This document shows positions 51,579 through 62,319 of a stretch of 64,000 nucleotides of DNA, piece by piece. Position 1 is the first letter of the stretch. Each line of letters opens with the position of its first letter. Source of the DNA: an uncultured Acidimicrobiales bacterium (GTDB lineage Bacteria; Actinomycetota; Acidimicrobiia; Acidimicrobiales; UBA10347); contig CALSSD010000013.1 of NCBI GenBank assembly GCA_943788915.1, positions 124,001 to 188,000 of the forward strand. The letters run 5' to 3'. The notes under the pieces are model-generated. The model worked only from the letters and a program-made list of their open reading frames with translations, was not told where the DNA came from and ran no database searches. The position numbers and the translations under genes were made by a program.

Positions 51579-53208
51579 CTACTTCTTGACCTTCTTGACC
51601 GCTACCTTTCTGGGTGACGCCTTCTTGGCCGCCAGGTCGGCTTCGAGCCCGGATCGGGCAGCAATCATGTCTTCGACATTGGCCGAACTCGCTTCGATGC
51701 GGTTCGACACCATCGCCGCCGAACCGCATCGACGGTGGCGACTGGGGTTCGGCCCACTCGGCACCGGTGCCTCGAACAGGCTCGCTATCTCCGCGATGTG
51801 GAGGTCGACCAGGTGCCCGAAGTCCGGCACCAGATAACGATCAGAAATCAGCCCGAAATCGAGTCGGTTCTTATAACTGTGGACGGTGATATTCAGGCCA
51901 ATACCGTCGCCGATGGTCGACACCGGAATGTATGCGTCGAGCTTTGCACCAGCGAAATACAAATCCTCGCGTGGACCGGGAACGTTCGAGATCACCACGT
52001 TGATAGGCGAGTTGACGCGATCAGTCAGCTTAAGCCGAGAGACGAGTCGGAGCGCTGACGCGGCGATGACTGGCGACGTGAGATCAGTGACCTGCGAGAT
52101 CGCATCGGCAGGGATGAGATCAAACTGATATTTAGCAACCTTCATTGCCTCGCGGCACAAAGCCACCCGTTCAACCAGATCGGCACAGTTCGTTGGCAGG
52201 CCTGCCACGATGGCAGACACCCGATTAGTCCACGGATCCTCTTCTTCGCCGGTACGGATGGATACCGGCACCATTGCCCGCAGCGGGCCTTCGGGAAGTG
52301 CATCGTGCTCAAGCAAATAGGCACGTAGTGCACCGGTACAGATGGCCATGACGATGTCGTTCAAGGTGCCGCCAGTGACGTCCTTGAGACGTTTGAGGTT
52401 TGCGAGCGACGGGGAACGCATGGCAAATTGGCGATGGGGCGAGATGGCCTTATTCCACGGAGTCGGGGGTGCCGGTGACACCGGCAAGCTCACCGACTCC
52501 CGGCGATCGTGCGTCGGGTCTGCCATCTTTGTCAACGCACCAACACCATCGCGGGCACGACCAGCAACATCGCTCCACGCTCTTGATACCAGCAGCATTG
52601 GCGACGTCGCGCATGAGACCCAGTCCGAGTCGCACGCCCCTGACCGGGTTGACCACCAGGGGCATGGTCGCCCGCTGCAACATCTCGGCCTGGCTTGGTG
52701 GTTCCTCGCCTGTCCACGGTTTCGACTTGTACCCGTACTCGGCATCGGGTGTGAGATCGGTGAACATACGCCGCATGATCACGCCCGAGGCACCATCGAT
52801 CGTTGCATGGTGGGTCTTCTGCAGTAGCGCCCACCGGCCGTCGGCCAGACCCTCGAGCACGCAGGCCTCCCATGACAGGCGAGAACGGTCCATCTTTCGA
52901 CCAACGATGCGAGCAAGCTGGTCAGCAGCCCCTGGCGGCGCAAGACCGATATGGCGGACGTGATAGTCGAGGTCGAACTCGTTGTCCTCGACTCAATACG
53001 ACCTGTCGAGTTCAAGCGGGACTTCGACGACCGCACGCCTCAGCGGCTCCAGATGTCCGACCATGATCTCGAGTCGTTTGCGGACCTCTGTGTATGGTTC
53101 AAATTCGGGCGACGGCCGTTGATAGATACTGAGTCCATTGACATATCCGTACGTGTTCGGGCTCTCCATCAGCAGAAAACCCACGTCGACACCCGTTAGT
53201 TGCTTCAT
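51579..53208 (-). pseudogene. Wax ester synthase/DGAT family acyltransferase, degraded
   Basis: MKQLTGVDVGFLLME, KTHHATIDG, TLNDIVMA, VPVSIR, NVVISNVPGP. Has an in-frame TGA at a conserved Trp (52993), several frameshifts and apparent deletions. Confidence 0.8.
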
Positions 53209-53274
53209 TTCGACCCTTGCCTTGCGTCGCACCATCATGGCTCACCAAATTGCAGCCCGTCGCCCGCGCCGTTG

Positions 53275-54204
53275 TTAGCCGTTGTAATTGAGCCCCAACC
53301 CAGCGACCTCCCACGGGACCTTGGCCAGCTGACCTGTGGACGACAGCGTGATGTACGCCGTGCGCAAATCAGTTCCACCGAAGCAAATATTCGTCGTCAC
53401 ACGGTCGGGCATCGGCACGAAGCCGGGCTCGCCACCGGTCGGTGACAGGATGGTGATGCCACCGTCGATGATCGTGGCCACGCACACATTGCCATCGGCG
53501 TCGATCGCGAGCGAGTCGAACATGAAGTAGCCGTCGCGCCCACCGAGTAAACGGCCCCCGTCTGGTTTGTCCCGACGCTGCCCTAACAACTCACCTGGGC
53601 CCGCGAGTTCGTAAGCCCAGACCTGCCCGGTAGGTGTCTCCGCGATGTAGACCTCATCCTCGGCAGGCGAAAGGCCGATGCCGTTGGGCCCTTCCATCGG
53701 GAAGATCATCTCCTGGATATGTGAACCGTCTGCTTTGGCATAGAAGACACCGGTCCGGTCCTGGAGACGGTCCTGAAGCTTGCCATGATCGGTGAACCAG
53801 AATCCGCCATCTCGGTCAAAGACCAGGTCATTCGGTCCGCGAAGCTGTACATCACCTGCGTGGGTGTAGAGCACTTCGAACTCACCGGTGTCGAGGTCAA
53901 CACGCTGGATGCTGCCGCCGGTGTACCCATCAGGCATGTGACCGGGGTATGTCTTACCTCGTGCCTCGTGGAACTTCATGCCGCCGTTGTTGCAGACATA
54001 GACCTTGCCATCGGGTCCTATAGCAGCCCCATTGGGTCCGCCTCCGAGGTGGGCGATCACTTCAACCGAGCCATCTGGGTCCACTCGGCTCAGCGTCTGG
54101 CGCGCAATCTCGACCAGCACGACCGATCCATCTGCCATGGCAATAGGGCCTTCGGGGAAACGTAACCCGGTGGCCATGATTTCAATTGCGGTGTCGTCTG
54201 TCAT
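53275..54204 (-). CDS. SMP-30/gluconolactonase family protein
   Basis: GLRFPEGP, GGPNG, GPNDLVFD, PNGIGLSP, DSLAID, TTNICFGG. Confidence 0.9.
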   Translation of the reverse strand: MTDDTAIEIMATGLRFPEGPIAMADGSVVLVEIARQTLSRVDPDGSVEVIAHLGGGPNGAAIGPDGKVYVCNNGGMKFHEARGKTYPGHMPDGYTGGSIQRVDLDTGEFEVLYTHAGDVQLRGPNDLVFDRDGGFWFTDHGKLQDRLQDRTGVFYAKADGSHIQEMIFPMEGPNGIGLSPAEDEVYIAETPTGQVWAYELAGPGELLGQRRDKPDGGRLLGGRDGYFMFDSLAIDADGNVCVATIIDGGITILSPTGGEPGFVPMPDRVTTNICFGGTDLRTAYITLSSTGQLAKVPWEVAGLGLNYNG

Positions 54205-54246
54205 CGTTTCATCGTCGCGCGACAGTCCACCCGGGCGTTACTCGGG

Positions 54247-55800
54247 TTATCCGTCGAACCAGCCCTCGGTCTTCAGTTGTTGCCAGATCTTCTCCACAGC
54301 AGCGCCACCATTGCGGAGCACGCGCTGTTCGTCGTCGACCACAAGAGACCCGTTCCGGACTTGGAACCGGCCATCGACCATCACGTCGCGCACACAGCGC
54401 CCATGGGCATAGAGCAGGTTGTTAAGGGGTTCTTCAGGCACTACTCCGCTTCCGACCAACAACCCGGTCACATCGACGGTGACGAGATCGGCCTTCGCTC
54501 CCGGCCGAATCCGCCCGAGGTCTGAACGACCAAGCCCATCCGCAGCATTGATGGTGGCTGCTCGGATCGCATCCCAGATAGTGGGTCGAATCAACGGACG
54601 TCCCGAATCAGCAAGCAAGTCATATCGGGCCTGGCCGTACAACACTGCGAGTTTGATGTTCTCAAGATGGTCATTCGAATGGGTGTCGATACCGATGTTC
54701 GTTCTGACCCCCGCGGCAAGCATCTCTGTCCACGGTTGGGTGCCACCTCCTGCTCCGCCAGCCGACGGATTGTGGACATACGTGGCGTTCTTGTCACGAA
54801 GAATCGCCGGATCGTGATCGAGGTCGGCGCCATTCATGTGAGCTGCAAGCAGCGGCCCGTCGTAGAAGCTGAAGTCATCGATCCACTCGGCCGGGCGTTT
54901 TCCCCACAACCGGTCCACCGTTTGCGTCTCGGCGGGTCCCTGGGACAGATGGATATGTATGCCATTGCCTAGTTCATGCGCTGCACGAGCGAAGGCTCGC
55001 ATGGTCTCGGGCGTCTGGGTATCTGTTGCGTGGACACCCATTTGTGAACGGATGCGGCCGTCTGCCGACCCGTTTACTTTGCGGGCGAAGATCAATGCCT
55101 GCTCAATCTCGTGAAGCGAATTCGGAACCGAATCGAACAGCACCTGGTCGTCGGTGCGGCGCCAGATCTCAAACAGCCGCTCGATGCCAGGAACCATCGC
55201 GCTGGGGTAACCCCGCACACCCCACTCGCTCGCGATCCGAACGTAGGACTGCATCTGGCGCAAGCTGAGGGACATCTCGACCTGCGTCGTACAACCGCTG
55301 CGTAACAATTCTGCAAGGTTGTGGGCGGTTACGGCATCGAGGTCCGCGTCGTCGAGACCCTCGGCTAACTCAAGAGGACGCCCGTAGTTGCGTCCTCCTT
55401 CGATGATGCCTCGTGTCACCGTGCCACCTGCCACGTGTGTGTGGCCCGAGATGAACCCCGGCAGCAACACAGCTCCACGCGCTTGGACCCGCCGATCGCG
55501 TCTCGCTCGACGGTGAGGCACTATTGCAGTGATCACGTCATCTTCGACAACAACGGTGTGATCTCGAACCAGTTGGAGTTCATCATTCTCGCTGCACTGG
55601 AGCACCCAGCTGGGTTCGATCAGGATCGGGCCCGACCTACCGTGCAACCATTTCGTACGCAGCCACGAGCGGCCGGTCGCGACAACGTCTCTTGCTTGGC
55701 TACTGGCTTGGATACTCGCGTCGCGGCGAGCGTTGTTCAAAAATCTAGCTGCGCCCGGTTTTGCGGCGTTGTGAACCGTCGAGCCGCACAAGATGCACAT
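54247..55800 (-). CDS. Amidohydrolase family protein (TRZ/ATZ/SAH-deaminase-like)
   Basis: LPGFISGHTH, IHIHLSQ, LAAHM, GIDT, GRIRPGAKADLV, VMVDG. Confidence 0.82.
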   Translation of the reverse strand: MCILCGSTVHNAAKPGAARFLNNARRDASIQASSQARDVVATGRSWLRTKWLHGRSGPILIEPSWVLQCSENDELQLVRDHTVVVEDDVITAIVPHRRARRDRRVQARGAVLLPGFISGHTHVAGGTVTRGIIEGGRNYGRPLELAEGLDDADLDAVTAHNLAELLRSGCTTQVEMSLSLRQMQSYVRIASEWGVRGYPSAMVPGIERLFEIWRRTDDQVLFDSVPNSLHEIEQALIFARKVNGSADGRIRSQMGVHATDTQTPETMRAFARAAHELGNGIHIHLSQGPAETQTVDRLWGKRPAEWIDDFSFYDGPLLAAHMNGADLDHDPAILRDKNATYVHNPSAGGAGGGTQPWTEMLAAGVRTNIGIDTHSNDHLENIKLAVLYGQARYDLLADSGRPLIRPTIWDAIRAATINAADGLGRSDLGRIRPGAKADLVTVDVTGLLVGSGVVPEEPLNNLLYAHGRCVRDVMVDGRFQVRNGSLVVDDEQRVLRNGGAAVEKIWQQLKTEGWFDG

Positions 55801-55928
55801 GGTCGTCACCCTCCAAAGTTGCGTGGATGTTCTTAGCTTTGCGCATGTGCGTTGGTTAGGGGTTGCGCGAGACCGAGACCCATGGACCACCAGAGGCCGC
55901 GCACAACGCCACCGGAGCTCAGCTGACC

Positions 55929-57517
55929 GTGGATCTTACGTTGATTCTGATTAGGTTCATTTTCGGGTTCGGAGCCAACACCGTCAAACTGCCCCCGTTG
56001 GTGGGGTATCTGGTCGCGGGTTTTGTGCTCCGTGCCTTTGGTTACGAGGTCACCGATGCAATCGAGTTGCTTGCCGACGTTGGGGTGCTGCTTCTGCTGT
56101 TTGGCATTGGCCTCAAGTTGCGGCTCACGACTCTGGCTAGGCCCGCGGTGTGGGCTGGAGCAAGCATTCACGCTGCGACCACGACGGCTCTCATCAGCGG
56201 GCTCCTACTCGGTCTAGGGGCGCTCGGCCTGCCGCTCGCTGCTGGGCTTTCAGGGCAGCAGGCAGCGCTCGTTGGATTCGCCTTCTCGTTCTCGAGCACC
56301 GTGTGTGCAGTGAAGGCGCTAGAGGAACGTAACGAAGCCACGTCATTGCGGGGCAGGCTGGCAGTTGGCATTCTGGTTGTTCAGGACATCTTCGCTGTCG
56401 TCTTTTTGACACTGACCGTCGAGACGCCACGGTCGATCTGGGCAATCCCTGTTGTCATCGGTGTCCCTGCCGCCAAGCCTGTATACGGATGGCTCTTGGA
56501 CAGGGCTGGCCATGGCGAACTCTTGCTGCTGCTCGGCTTAGCCCTGGCGGTTGCAGTTGGCGCCGAATCCTTCTCCGAGGTAGGGCTTAAACCCGACCTG
56601 GGTGCACTGCTGGTCGGGCTCACGCAGGCCAACCATTCCCGAGCTTCCGAACTCGCAAGCACGCTGCTTGGGTTCAAGGACATCTTGTTGATCGGGTTCT
56701 TCCTCTCGATCGCTCTCGAAGGCACTCCCGGCTTTCCCGAGATAGGCGTGGCACTTGTTCTCCTGCTGATTCTGCCTCCGAAAGCAGCCGGGTTCGTCTG
56801 GCTCACATCGCGGTTCCGATTCCGTGTGCGGACTGCGTGGCACATGTCGGTCACGTTGGCTACCTCCAGCGAGTTCGGGCTCAGTGTCGCCGTCGTCAGC
56901 GTGAACTGAGACATGATCGCCCCCGAGTGGACCTCGGCAATTGGTGTTGCTGTGGCCTTGTCGTTCGCGCTCGGTGCGCCATTGAACACCGCGAGGTACG
57001 CGGTCTTCACTCGATTGTCCAATCATTTGGCTCGCCTTGGGTGCACACCGGTGCAGGCCGACGATGAACCGCTCGAGCCGCTTGGTGCAGAAATTATGGT
57101 GTTTGGTATGGGCCGGGTCGGCGTCGGTGCCTTCGATGGGCTAGCGACCTGTCGAGGTGACAGGATCCTAGGGGCAGACCGCAATGAACGAATCGTTCGA
57201 ATGAATGCAGCGGAAGGCAGACAGATGATCCGGGGCGATGCATTAGACACCGAGTTCTGGGAACGGTTGCAACTCGATCAACGCATCGATCTTGTGGTGC
57301 TCGCTATGGACGACCACACCGCAAACCTCGAAGCGGTGCGGCGGGTAAAGGATTATCTTCCAAATACCCGAATTGCTGCCATCGCTTCGCTCCCGACGAC
57401 GTCCGGGAACTCGAAGAGGCAGGTGTCGACGTCGCCCGCAACTTGTATGGCGAGGCTGGCCAGGGTCTTGCCGACGATGCCTGTGATCTGCTCTACCGCA
57501 AAGATCTTAGTTCGTAA
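55929..57517 (+). pseudogene. Cation:proton antiporter (KefC-like) with TrkA-N domain, interrupted
   Basis: LPPLVGYL, LLLFGIGLKL, SSTV, LVVQD, SEFGL; GMGRVG NAD-binding motif. In-frame TGA at 56907 and a frameshift near 57390. Confidence 0.8.
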
Positions 57518-58796
57518 CGCCCGGTGGGAAGTTCATCGGCAAGACACGCGGCCCACGGACCTGGCCACCAGCCCAAGTCATTGGTTCACCCTTGGTCACC
57601 GAGAACTCAGGAATACGTTCCATCCAAATACGAACTGCGGTCGTCATTTCCAAACGGGCGAGATTCGAACCAGCGCATCGATGGATCCCTGAGCCGAATG
57701 CGATATGTCGATTCTTGGCCCGGTCGATGATGAAGTCATCAGGATTCTCGAACTGTTCAGGGTCGTGGCAGGCCGCAGGAAAGTTCATGAGCACCTTGTC
57801 ACCTGGTTTGATGTGCACACCCTGGTATTCGACATCGGTCTCGGCAATCCGCGCCATTGTGACCGGCGCGTAATACCGCAGGAACTCTTCGATTGCCGTC
57901 GGCAAGATCTCTGGCTCGTTAACGAGACGTTCACGATCGTGCGGGTACGTGCCGAGATGCCACAGAGCTGAACCAATCGAGCTCCATGTGGTGTCGATGC
58001 CAGCCACGATCAGCAGGTTGGTGATACCCACAACGACCTCGGGTGTGATCTTGGCGCCAGGATCATCGAGCTTCATGAACAGCAGCTCCGTCAGGAGATC
58101 CTCTTGCGGGTCTTCCATACGTTTGTGCACTTCGGCGGTGATGAAGCCGATCAGTTCGTTGCGAGCCTGGAGTCGATTCTCTGGGTCCACCATCGCCTCG
58201 CCCAACAACCGGTTCACCCAGTCGACGAATTGATCGGCCATGCCTGGGTCGACACCAATGAGATGCGCAATGACACGAGGCGGAATCTGCTGGGAGTACT
58301 GAACAGCAGCATCACATTGGCCAGTCTCAATGAATCCATCGATGAGTTCATGACAAAGAGCCTCGGTGTAGGCCTGGTGGCTAGCGACCGCACGGGGCGC
58401 AAACGCTGGCAAAAGCATACGTCGCGTCCAGGTCTGGGTCGGCGGGTCGGCAGTAATCGGCGCGGCAGCGATCATCTGTTCATAACGCGAGAGTTCAGGG
58501 GCGTTGGGGGCCGGCGGCATAACCAACGGCTGGCGCGAACTGAGCTCGGGGATCATCTTCGCCATCTCGCGAAGATCGTCGAAGCGAGTCGGGTTCCAAG
58601 ATCCGCCCAATCGGTCGGTATGAGCGATGGGGCATTTCTCGCGCATCTCGGCCCAGATCGGCACAGGGTCCTCGATGTAGGCCTCGTCGCGGATGTCGTA
58701 ATCGGTGGTCCAGTCAGTCACTGGCCCGCCCGGTTCCCAGATCTCCTTGCTGGTCGCAAGTTTCATCTTCGCGTTCATGTCGGGCGTTTCCGTCAT
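57507..58796 (-). CDS. Cytochrome P450
   Basis: DWTTDYD, ITADPP, VAGIDTT, EEFLRY, FGSGIHRCAG. Confidence 0.93.
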   Translation of the reverse strand: MTETPDMNAKMKLATSKEIWEPGGPVTDWTTDYDIRDEAYIEDPVPIWAEMREKCPIAHTDRLGGSWNPTRFDDLREMAKMIPELSSRQPLVMPPAPNAPELSRYEQMIAAAPITADPPTQTWTRRMLLPAFAPRAVASHQAYTEALCHELIDGFIETGQCDAAVQYSQQIPPRVIAHLIGVDPGMADQFVDWVNRLLGEAMVDPENRLQARNELIGFITAEVHKRMEDPQEDLLTELLFMKLDDPGAKITPEVVVGITNLLIVAGIDTTWSSIGSALWHLGTYPHDRERLVNEPEILPTAIEEFLRYYAPVTMARIAETDVEYQGVHIKPGDKVLMNFPAACHDPEQFENPDDFIIDRAKNRHIAFGSGIHRCAGSNLARLEMTTAVRIWMERIPEFSVTKGEPMTWAGGQVRGPRVLPMNFPPGVTN

Positions 58797-58926
58797 GCCG
58801 TTCCCCCTTTGTTTTCCCACGGGACGAGCCCGTCGCTGCCAAAACGACGCTAGCCCATGCACATTGTTGTACGTGCCACCAGTGACTATTCCGGCAGCGG
58901 CCCGCCAACGCGTTCCCTGACGCCTG

Positions 58927-59400
58927 CTAGAGGTCGTAAACGACGACCTGCACCCGGTGGGCAACGAAAGTGCGTTCGATGATCGCTTCAACAACCGGCC
59001 ACTCTCCCCCAGCCAGGCCGCACCCGATACGGGGCATGTGGACCGAGGCACTCGTTGCTTCGGCCTCGCCAGCAACTACTGCTAAGCCAGCTTCTATCGC
59101 CCAGTAACGCACTGGCGGGCCGGCTTCGTTCGCCACGATGCCTTCCTGTCCAACAACGTTGGCGACCCACAGATCCGGCTCCACCGGTACGAGCTGAGCC
59201 GCACCTAGGCCAAAGTCGTTTGTCTCACTGTCCCGATGCCAGGAGCGATAGGAGGCCTCAGGCTCAGGCCACCGTTCAGACAGTGCCAGGACGAAACCGC
59301 GACCCCAACCGCCGACGTCATTGCAGACGTGCACGATAATCTTCGGTCCGGCACCGACGGGTGCGGTGGCGTCTCCTTGTGCGTAGGTGATGTGTGACAT
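58927..59400 (-). CDS. Macro domain protein (Appr-1''-p processing/TARG1-like)
   Basis: GDAT, HVCNDVGGWGRGFV, VHMPRIGCGLAGGEW. Confidence 0.9.
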   Translation of the reverse strand: MSHITYAQGDATAPVGAGPKIIVHVCNDVGGWGRGFVLALSERWPEPEASYRSWHRDSETNDFGLGAAQLVPVEPDLWVANVVGQEGIVANEAGPPVRYWAIEAGLAVVAGEAEATSASVHMPRIGCGLAGGEWPVVEAIIERTFVAHRVQVVVYDL

Positions 59401-59496
59401 GAGAAGGCAAAGAGTTGTCAGCGACCGATCATCCTCGTCTGCTACCAACTGTCGGGCGATGACTTATGTCGGACTAGGCGGCTCGCAGGACGGTAG

Positions 59497-59796
59497 TCAG
59501 GAAGCGGCGCTCTCGTTGGCAAGCTGGGCCAGGACATCTCCGTGGCATCGTTTGGGTGCGCACCAACATCCCAGGCGTTGCCCACGCAACTCGCCAAGCG
59601 AAGCCATCAGTTCAGACTGCTGCACAATCCATTCGCGATACACCGCAATGACCCGATCGCGTTCGGCGTCGCTGTCGTCCTCGAGGACAAACGGGTTGCC
59701 CCATTTGCTTGCAGGCAGGCCGTGCTCCGGAACCTCGCGGCCGATGTAAACATCGAATTCCTCGTTCAGATTATGCACAACGGTTGTCTCTGCCAC
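59497..59796 (-). CDS. DUF4326 family protein
   Basis: DVYIGR, SKWGNPF, ELRGQRLGCWCAPKRCHGDVL. Confidence 0.9.
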   Translation of the reverse strand: MAETTVVHNLNEEFDVYIGREVPEHGLPASKWGNPFVLEDDSDAERDRVIAVYREWIVQQSELMASLGELRGQRLGCWCAPKRCHGDVLAQLANESAAS

Positions 59797-59893
59797 GGTG
59801 GCTCCTCTTTTGCCTGGGCACTCAGGTTAGGGGGTCGGACACCAACGATCGTGTAGCCCTGCAACGACATTCACGAGTGTCTACTGTTCGGTA

Positions 59894-60376
59894 ATGGACG
59901 GCTGGCAACAAGGCGAACAGTACGAGCGGTATATGGGGCGATGGAGCCGCCCGACTGCCGTGAAGTTCCTGCGGTGGCTTGCTGTCCAAGACGGGCAAAG
60001 GTGGCTCGACGTCGGTTGCGGAACCGGTGCTCTGAGCACCGAGATCGTCAACCATGTCGCGCCGGCGGTCGTCGCTGGGATCGATGCATCCTCTGGGTTC
60101 ATCGACGAGGCCCGGCGCCGGCTACCGGCTGGTATCGATCTCCGCGTCGGCGATGCACAGTCGCTGCCTTTCGTTTCGGACTCGTTCGACGTTGTTGTGA
60201 GCGGCATTGCACTCAATTTTGTCCCAGACGCGGAACTTGCCGTTCGGGAGATGCGACGGGTCGCACGAACCGGTGGCGCTGTCGGTGTCTACCTGTGGGA
60301 CGCCCAACTCCCCCACGCCGCAGACGGTTCAATACGTTTGCAGTCGAGGGCGTGGGCCGTGGCCGGAACTCTTTGA
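59894..60376 (+). pseudogene. Class I SAM methyltransferase with apparent internal deletion
   Basis: YERYMGRWS, WLDVGCGTG, GDAQSLPF, LNFVPD. YLWD is fused directly to the terminal LP..ADGSI.L..RAWAV motif. Confidence 0.65.
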
Positions 60377-60396
60377 CAGATCCAGAGGTCGTGCCG

Positions 60397-60714
60397 TTAC
60401 CTGCCAGGAATAGCGTGAACGAGGCTGACCGAATGGGTGGTCACGCTCGCATGGCGCAGTTTGGCCAGTTCGGTGTACTCGGGCGAGTCCCACCACTGCA
60501 TCAGCACTTCTTCCGATGGGAACTCGATGACGACAGTGCGGCCCTCGGCCCGTTGGCCTTCGAGCACCGTGACGTTGTCGTCGAACGTCACAAACCGTGC
60601 CCCGAACGGCTTAAGAACCGGGAAGAAGCCTTTCTCGTACTGGCGATAGACATCGGGATCATTCACGGTGAAGTGAGCGATGAAGTGGACGGGACCGGCT
60701 GATTCTTCAGACAT
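60397..60714 (-). CDS. DUF1330 family protein
   Basis: VLEG, RTVVIEFPS, WWDSPEY...R. Confidence 0.88.
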   Translation of the reverse strand: MSEESAGPVHFIAHFTVNDPDVYRQYEKGFFPVLKPFGARFVTFDDNVTVLEGQRAEGRTVVIEFPSEEVLMQWWDSPEYTELAKLRHASVTTHSVSLVHAIPGR

Positions 60715-60758
60715 GTGAGGGTTCCTTGGAAGCTTGTTTTGTGGGTAGTGAGAACTGG

Positions 60759-61343
60759 TTAGTGGCGGGCGAGGCTGTCGAACGTCGCGTCGATGTGCGC
60801 GTGGAGGTTTGCTGCCCCACTCCGGGCGAGGACAAGAAGGCCTTGGAATGAAAGTAACAGTGACCTCGCAGCTGACTCAGGGTCAAGATCAGCAGCGAGT
60901 TGACCTGCGTCGATGCATGCCTGAACTTGCAGGAGTAATGCTGTTTCGATCGCTTCGAAGCCTCGGTTGATGGCGTGCCGCGTGTTCTCGGTTGATGACT
61001 CCGAGCGACTCGCTGTTGTTGTGAGCAGGCAACCTCGAAGCGTTTCCTCGCCGGGATGGGGGCGCAACACCGACGTGAAGAACGAACGGAGACCTTCGAG
61101 TGGATCCGAGGTGTCGGCGAAGAAGTACCCCACTCGCCCACCGATCTGCTGGTCGACGTAACGGTCAAGACAACGTGCTAACAACTCGTCTTTGCTGTCG
61201 AACCGTCGGTAGATCGACGGCGCTCGGACCTCGAGTGACCGTTCGAGATCGCGGATCGAGACTCGATCAGCGCCGTGTCTCCAGAAGAGGTCGATAGCAC
61301 CATCGAGGATCGCCTCGTCTGAGATTTTGACCGGTCGTGCCAT
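60759..61343 (-). CDS. TetR/AcrR family regulator
   Basis: MARP, LFWRHG...SIRDL...PSIYRRFDSK, GCLL. Confidence 0.9.
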   Translation of the reverse strand: MARPVKISDEAILDGAIDLFWRHGADRVSIRDLERSLEVRAPSIYRRFDSKDELLARCLDRYVDQQIGGRVGYFFADTSDPLEGLRSFFTSVLRPHPGEETLRGCLLTTTASRSESSTENTRHAINRGFEAIETALLLQVQACIDAGQLAADLDPESAARSLLLSFQGLLVLARSGAANLHAHIDATFDSLARH

Positions 61344-61369
61344 TGCTTCAAGTTTCGGCAGGTGGTGGT

Positions 61370-61399
61370 TTGACAAAAGATAACACTTGCTATCAAACT
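61370..61399 (+). promoter_or_regulatory. Promoter of the dehalogenase gene with an overlapping palindromic operator
   Basis: TTGACA at 61370-61375; CAAACT at 61394-61399, 6 nt before ATG; GATAAC-ACTT-GCTATC inverted repeat at 61379-61394. Confidence 0.55.
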
Positions 61400-61405
61400 C
61401 GGTCA

Positions 61406-62287
61406 ATGAGCATCGAAGTGTTGACCAAGCAATACAGGACCGTTAACGGCAAACAAATGGCGTACCACGATGTCGGTACCGGCGACCCAGTGGTCTTCTT
61501 GCATGGCAATCCAACATCGTCCTACCTGTGGCGCGACATTATCCCCCACGTTTCTGGCCAGGCTCGTTGTATCGCACCTGATCTGATCGGCCAGGGCGAC
61601 TCCGACAAGCTCGACGACACTGGCCCAGGGTCGTACACCTTCGTTGAACATCGTGAGTACCTCGATGGGCTGCTCGATCAGCTGGACCTGGGCGACAACA
61701 TCACCTTCGTCATCCATGACTGGGGTTCAGCCCTCGGTTTCGATTGGGCAAACCGCCATCGTGACCGCGTCGCTGGCATCGTGTACATGGAAGCGATCGT
61801 CCGCCCCGTCACCTGGGACGAATGGCCAGACGGCGCAACCGACATCTTTCAGGCCATGCGATCAGAGGCTGGCGAGGAGATGGTCATCACCAAGAACCTC
61901 TTCGTCGAGGCAATCTTGCCAGCATCGATCATTCGCAAACTCAGCGACGAAGAGATGAACGAATACCGCCGCGCGTTCGTGGAGCCAGAACACCGCCGCC
62001 CGACACTCACCTGGCCCCGCCAAGTCCCGCTCCAAGGTGAACCCGCCGATGTCGTCGAGATCGTGCAGTCCTACGCCGACTGGCTGTCGACAAGCGAGCT
62101 ACCTAAGTTGTTCATCAATGCCGAACCAGGCACCATCTTGACCGGGGCTCAGCGCGACTTCTGCCGGACCTGGCCGAATCAAACCGAGACCACGGTGGCC
62201 GGCATCCACTTCATCCAAGAAGACAGCGCCGACGAAATCGGCGAAGCAATCGCTGGTTGGCTTCCTGCAGCGCAAGCGTCTTCCTAG
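61406..62287 (+). CDS. Haloalkane dehalogenase (HLD-II, LinB/DhaA-like)
   Basis: FLHGNPTSSYLWR, APDLIGQG, IHDWGSALG, YMEAIV, RRPTLTWPR, GIHFIQED. Confidence 0.92.
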   Translation: MSIEVLTKQYRTVNGKQMAYHDVGTGDPVVFLHGNPTSSYLWRDIIPHVSGQARCIAPDLIGQGDSDKLDDTGPGSYTFVEHREYLDGLLDQLDLGDNITFVIHDWGSALGFDWANRHRDRVAGIVYMEAIVRPVTWDEWPDGATDIFQAMRSEAGEEMVITKNLFVEAILPASIIRKLSDEEMNEYRRAFVEPEHRRPTLTWPRQVPLQGEPADVVEIVQSYADWLSTSELPKLFINAEPGTILTGAQRDFCRTWPNQTETTVAGIHFIQEDSADEIGEAIAGWLPAAQASS

Positions 62288-62319
62288 GCCTCACCAGGAA
62301 TCAACAACGACAACGATTT

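Noticed and set aside
52993..52995. In-frame TGA in WS/DGAT as Sec or recoding
   Set aside because: Falls on the conserved Trp of the PYWV.D motif (TGG>TGA) in a gene with other lesions, so it is a nonsense mutation.
56907..56909. In-frame TGA in the antiporter, followed by a weak CCGAG/CTCGG stem
   Set aside because: A loop position where no catalytic Cys is expected, only a 5-bp stem, and a second lesion in the gene. More likely CGA/GGA>TGA.
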